Below, in pieces: positions 61,305 through 64,000 of a stretch of 64,000 nucleotides of DNA. This stretch comes from a virus: the IMG/VR virus record IMGVR_UViG_3300005836_000029, positions 642 to 64,641 of that record. One strand, 5' to 3'. The first letter of the stretch is position 1. Each line of letters starts with the position of its first letter. Made by a program: the position numbers and the translations under genes. Under the pieces are notes generated by a model. That model ran no database searches. It was not told where the DNA came from and worked only from the letters and a program-made list of their open reading frames with translations.

Positions 61305-62903
61305 ATGGCCCAGTTGAATCCCGACCTGTACTTCCACCTGAAGAGCCTCTCTCGCCTCATCTACTACGTGACCGAGGAAGAGGATCGCGCCATCATGAAG
61401 TTGGCCGAGGTTCTCAAGCCGCACGCCGACGACAACCGGGTCCACGTGTTCAACGCCGCCTTTGGGCTTCAGCCCATCCAAGCGGTCGTGGATGACTGGC
61501 GTCGGCGAACCCATGCGGAGAGCACGACGGCTACCGACATCCATCGGGCGCTCATCCAAATCTACAAGGAGGAGCCCCTCAACAAGAAGAACTTCTACAT
61601 CATCACGGACCCCGAGCGGTGGCTCGTCGACACGCATGTCCAGCGGCGGGTCCTCAACATCATCCACCAGGTTCACGCGGACGAGAACAACGTCAAGATC
61701 CTGTTCTTCATCTCGAACCGGCTGTCCATCCCGCCGAAGCTCCAGCGGTACATCGAGGTCATCTACGACCGTGGGCTCAGCGAAGAGGAGTACGACGAGG
61801 AGGTCGACAAGATCGCCAAGAAGCTCCAGACCCAGGCGCCGAAGGGGTCCATCCGCTTCTTCAAGGGTCTCACGTCGTTCGAGGTCGATGCTGCCATCGC
61901 CCAGTCGGTGGTCAAGACCCGCAAGGACAAGAACCCTGCCGACCAGCGTCGGATCGACCCCAAGTTCATCGCGGACTACAAGCGCCGGCAGCTCCACAAG
62001 ACGGACCTCTTGACCTACGTCGACGTCTCGGCCTTCGGCTTCGAGCAGATCGGCGGAGTGAAGCGGTTCAAGCAGTGGGCCGAAGCCACGAAGGCGTGCT
62101 GGACCGACGAGGGGCAGAAGTTCGGTCTCGAGCCCCCGAAGGGTGTCCTGGCGGTCGGCGTCTGGGGCTGTGGCAAGAGTCTCTCCGTCAAGGCGCTCGG
62201 CAACGCCTGGCGTTTGCCGGTCGTCAGCCTCGAGATGGGGCGGCTGCGGTCTTCCGGGGTCGGCGAGTCCGAGGCCAACGTCTACCGGGCGATCAACCTG
62301 ATCGAGTCGGTGGCCCCCTGCATCGTCTGGATCGACGAAGCCGAGAAGAGCTTGGCCGGCAACCAGAGCTCGGCACACTCGGATGCCGGGACCACGGCCC
62401 GGACCATCGGCATCCTCTCGACCTGGCTCCAGGAAACGAAGTCCCAGGTCTGCCTGGCGATGACGGCGAACAGCCTGAAGACGCTGCCGGTCGAGTTCGT
62501 CAACCGCATCGAGGAACGCTTCTTCTTCGACTTGCCGAACGAGGACGAGCGGATCGAGATCCTCAAGATCCACCTCACCAAGAAGAACCAGGACCCGACG
62601 AAGTTCCAGCTCGCCGAGCTGGCCGAAGCCGCCAAGAACATGGTCGGTCGTGAGATCGAACAAGCGATCCGGTCGGCCCTTCGGGATTCCTTCATGGCCA
62701 ACAAGGATGGCCTGGACCAGGCGATTCTCCTTGCCGAGATGCAGCGCAAGCCTCGCATCTTCAAAACCATGGTCGACGAGCTTCGAGAGGTCCTCGAGTG
62801 GGTCGGGTTCGACCCCGACCTCAACGAGGGCATCCGGGCGAAGTTCGCTTCGGACAAGAGGAGCGAGACCTTCCGGGAGTTCAAGGTAGCTGGCAAGGAA
62901 TGA
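61305..62903 (+). CDS. ycf46: Ycf46-like AAA+ ATPase (degenerate N-terminal AAA domain plus active C-terminal AAA domain)
   Basis: LIYYVTEEEDR, YIITDPERWL, SIPPKLQRYIEV (N-domain); QIGGVKRFKQW, PPKGVLAVGVWGCGKS (Walker A), IVWIDEAEK (Walker B), TANSLKTLPVEF, FFFDLPNEDERIEILKIHL, GREIEQAI, KTMVDELREVLEW. Confidence 0.85.
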   Translation: MAQLNPDLYFHLKSLSRLIYYVTEEEDRAIMKLAEVLKPHADDNRVHVFNAAFGLQPIQAVVDDWRRRTHAESTTATDIHRALIQIYKEEPLNKKNFYIITDPERWLVDTHVQRRVLNIIHQVHADENNVKILFFISNRLSIPPKLQRYIEVIYDRGLSEEEYDEEVDKIAKKLQTQAPKGSIRFFKGLTSFEVDAAIAQSVVKTRKDKNPADQRRIDPKFIADYKRRQLHKTDLLTYVDVSAFGFEQIGGVKRFKQWAEATKACWTDEGQKFGLEPPKGVLAVGVWGCGKSLSVKALGNAWRLPVVSLEMGRLRSSGVGESEANVYRAINLIESVAPCIVWIDEAEKSLAGNQSSAHSDAGTTARTIGILSTWLQETKSQVCLAMTANSLKTLPVEFVNRIEERFFFDLPNEDERIEILKIHLTKKNQDPTKFQLAELAEAAKNMVGREIEQAIRSALRDSFMANKDGLDQAILLAEMQRKPRIFKTMVDELREVLEWVGFDPDLNEGIRAKFASDKRSETFREFKVAGKE

Positions 62904-62906
62904 GGA

Positions 62907-63131
62907 ATGAGCCTCTTTCAGAGCACCAAGGAGTCCCAGGAGGACTCCGGCCTGCCGGACTTCGAGGCATCGGACTTCGACGCTGAGGAGTGGGCTGAGA
63001 CCTTCGAGACGGCCGCCTCGATCGGGGATGTCCTCGAACGCATGCTCGACCGTCCGATGACGACGACGATCGAGGACGGGTCGGAGTTCACGACGACCTT
63101 CGGGCTCTCGCTCAGCGTCTTCGTGAGCTAG
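62907..63131 (+). CDS. Hypothetical acidic protein (74 aa)
   Basis: ATG preceded by gagga. Asp/Glu-rich. Confidence 0.55.
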   Translation: MSLFQSTKESQEDSGLPDFEASDFDAEEWAETFETAASIGDVLERMLDRPMTTTIEDGSEFTTTFGLSLSVFVS

Positions 63132-63140
63132 GCTAGAGCC

Positions 63141-64000
63141 ATGCCCGACGACGACTGGGACGAGCACGACGAGATCGACTTGGTGACCGCCGAAGGCTAC
63201 ATGCTGGAGGCGGGGCAGGACCCTGACGCTGCTCGAACAGCTCTCGAGCAGCGGATCCGCCCGCAGGTCCTTTCCGATGCTCGACCCGAAGCCGACTGGC
63301 TTCGGGATGCCAGGGCCCTCCTCAACGGGAACAAGGCCATCCGAGACTTCGTTCGGGAAGCGAGGTCAGGGGGCATGGCCGTCGATGCCGCGATCGACGG
63401 GCTCAGCATCCGGCTCAACGAGCAGTGGGGCGGCGATCGTGCTGCCGAGGCGTTCGAGGTCGCTACGTACCTCTGGGACGAACAAGACCAGCTCGGCGAT
63501 GGCATCTACCTTGTTTCCCGTGAAACAGGTCGGGTTGCCGTTCGGCTGACCGAGAACGACATCTACCAGCCGAAGCCCGTTCCCCGTGAGGACGGAAGCT
63601 TGGCGACCCCGCTTCCTCGCATCCGGCCGGACATCGAGGCGGGTATCGCCTGCTGGTTCCACGACGAGTCCAGGGAGGACCGGATCGTTGCAACCCTGGC
63701 CGCTCGGGCCCATCAGACGCAGCTCCTTCGAGAGGACGGGGATCCTCGCCTCCTGGTAGCCACCAGGGAGGGTCGGCGGCACATGGTCGAATCCTTGGGC
63801 AAGTTCGACCCCAAAGTCCTTCTACGGGCCGCCGGGGGCACCTCAGGGGCCTTCCTTCAGCGCTTCGAGCTCCGGGCGGAAGACCCTGAGGAAACGGAGG
63901 GCCTCCAGCTCATCGATGGGGGAGCCTACTCCCAGACCACGATGAACATCCAGGACCAGACGACGGTCAACCTCCACCACAACCGGGCGGCCAGTATCCA
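63141..64000 (+). CDS. Hypothetical protein, 3'-truncated by the window edge (MPDDDWDEHDEID...)
   Basis: Not in the ORF track because it has no stop. By manual translation the frame is open from ATG 63141 to the end of the window, with normal codon usage. Confidence 0.7.
   Translation, partial: MPDDDWDEHDEIDLVTAEGYMLEAGQDPDAARTALEQRIRPQVLSDARPEADWLRDARALLNGNKAIRDFVREARSGGMAVDAAIDGLSIRLNEQWGGDRAAEAFEVATYLWDEQDQLGDGIYLVSRETGRVAVRLTENDIYQPKPVPREDGSLATPLPRIRPDIEAGIACWFHDESREDRIVATLAARAHQTQLLREDGDPRLLVATREGRRHMVESLGKFDPKVLLRAAGGTSGAFLQRFELRAEDPEETEGLQLIDGGAYSQTTMNIQDQTTVNLHHNRAASI

Noticed and set aside
53675-63143. Possible TAG recoding/readthrough (TAG at 53675 and 63129 are in frame with the next gene, 9 nt apart)
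   Set aside because: Other TAG-ended genes (3258, 4996, 10791, 25389) are followed by out-of-frame genes, TAG at 34815 is followed by an in-frame TAA, long genes contain no internal TAG, and 53687 has its own SD. The in-frame spacing is compatible with chance.
61197-63167. Long minus-strand ORFs (e.g. 61197..63167, 46697..48775, 31287..32987, 45110..46612)
   Set aside because: They lie antisense to well-supported + strand genes, have low-information Arg/Gly/Val/Asp-rich translations without motifs, and are the expected shadow of high-GC3 codon usage.
1-64000. CRISPR array, tRNA, rRNA, integrase, IS element or intron/intein
   Set aside because: No regularly spaced direct repeats, cloverleaf-like intergenic segments (gaps are mostly under 60 nt), recombinase/transposase motifs, or intein/homing-endonuclease motifs in the helicase or polymerase were recognised by eye. 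A tRNAscan/CRISPR search was not run.

Overview
A 64-kb segment of a large (probably jumbo-class) tailed dsDNA phage genome with a contractile tail. GC is roughly 60-65% by eye, the code is standard (11), and every credible gene is on the + strand, tightly packed. Layout: (1) 1-49.0 kb tail/baseplate morphogenesis: tape measure protein (5'-truncated), two tube-fold initiator-like paralogues (one carrying a CHAP/NlpC-P60-like domain), gp27-like hub, gp5/gpV-like spike followed by a triple-repeat putative tip protein, gp25/gp6/gp7-like wedge proteins, and many large, often paralogous, fibre and fibre-attachment proteins. (2) 49.0-51.9 kb atypical lysis-like cassette: holin-like gene with its SD in a hairpin, single-TM protein, J-domain protein, and a secreted protein ending in outer-membrane-type beta-strands. 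(3) 51.9-60.0 kb replication module: SNF2 helicase, degenerate DnaC-like loader, DnaB-like helicase, stand-alone CHC2 zinc finger, family A DNA polymerase. (4) 60.6-62.9 kb DUF2997 / DUF1257 (Ycf35-like) / Ycf46-like AAA+ module, the most system-like unexplained unit here, followed by a 3'-truncated ORF. No tRNA, rRNA, CRISPR array, integrase or host housekeeping gene was recognised, so free phage versus prophage cannot be decided. The host is probably a high-GC diderm (inference). All family assignments come from motif recognition by eye, not database searches.
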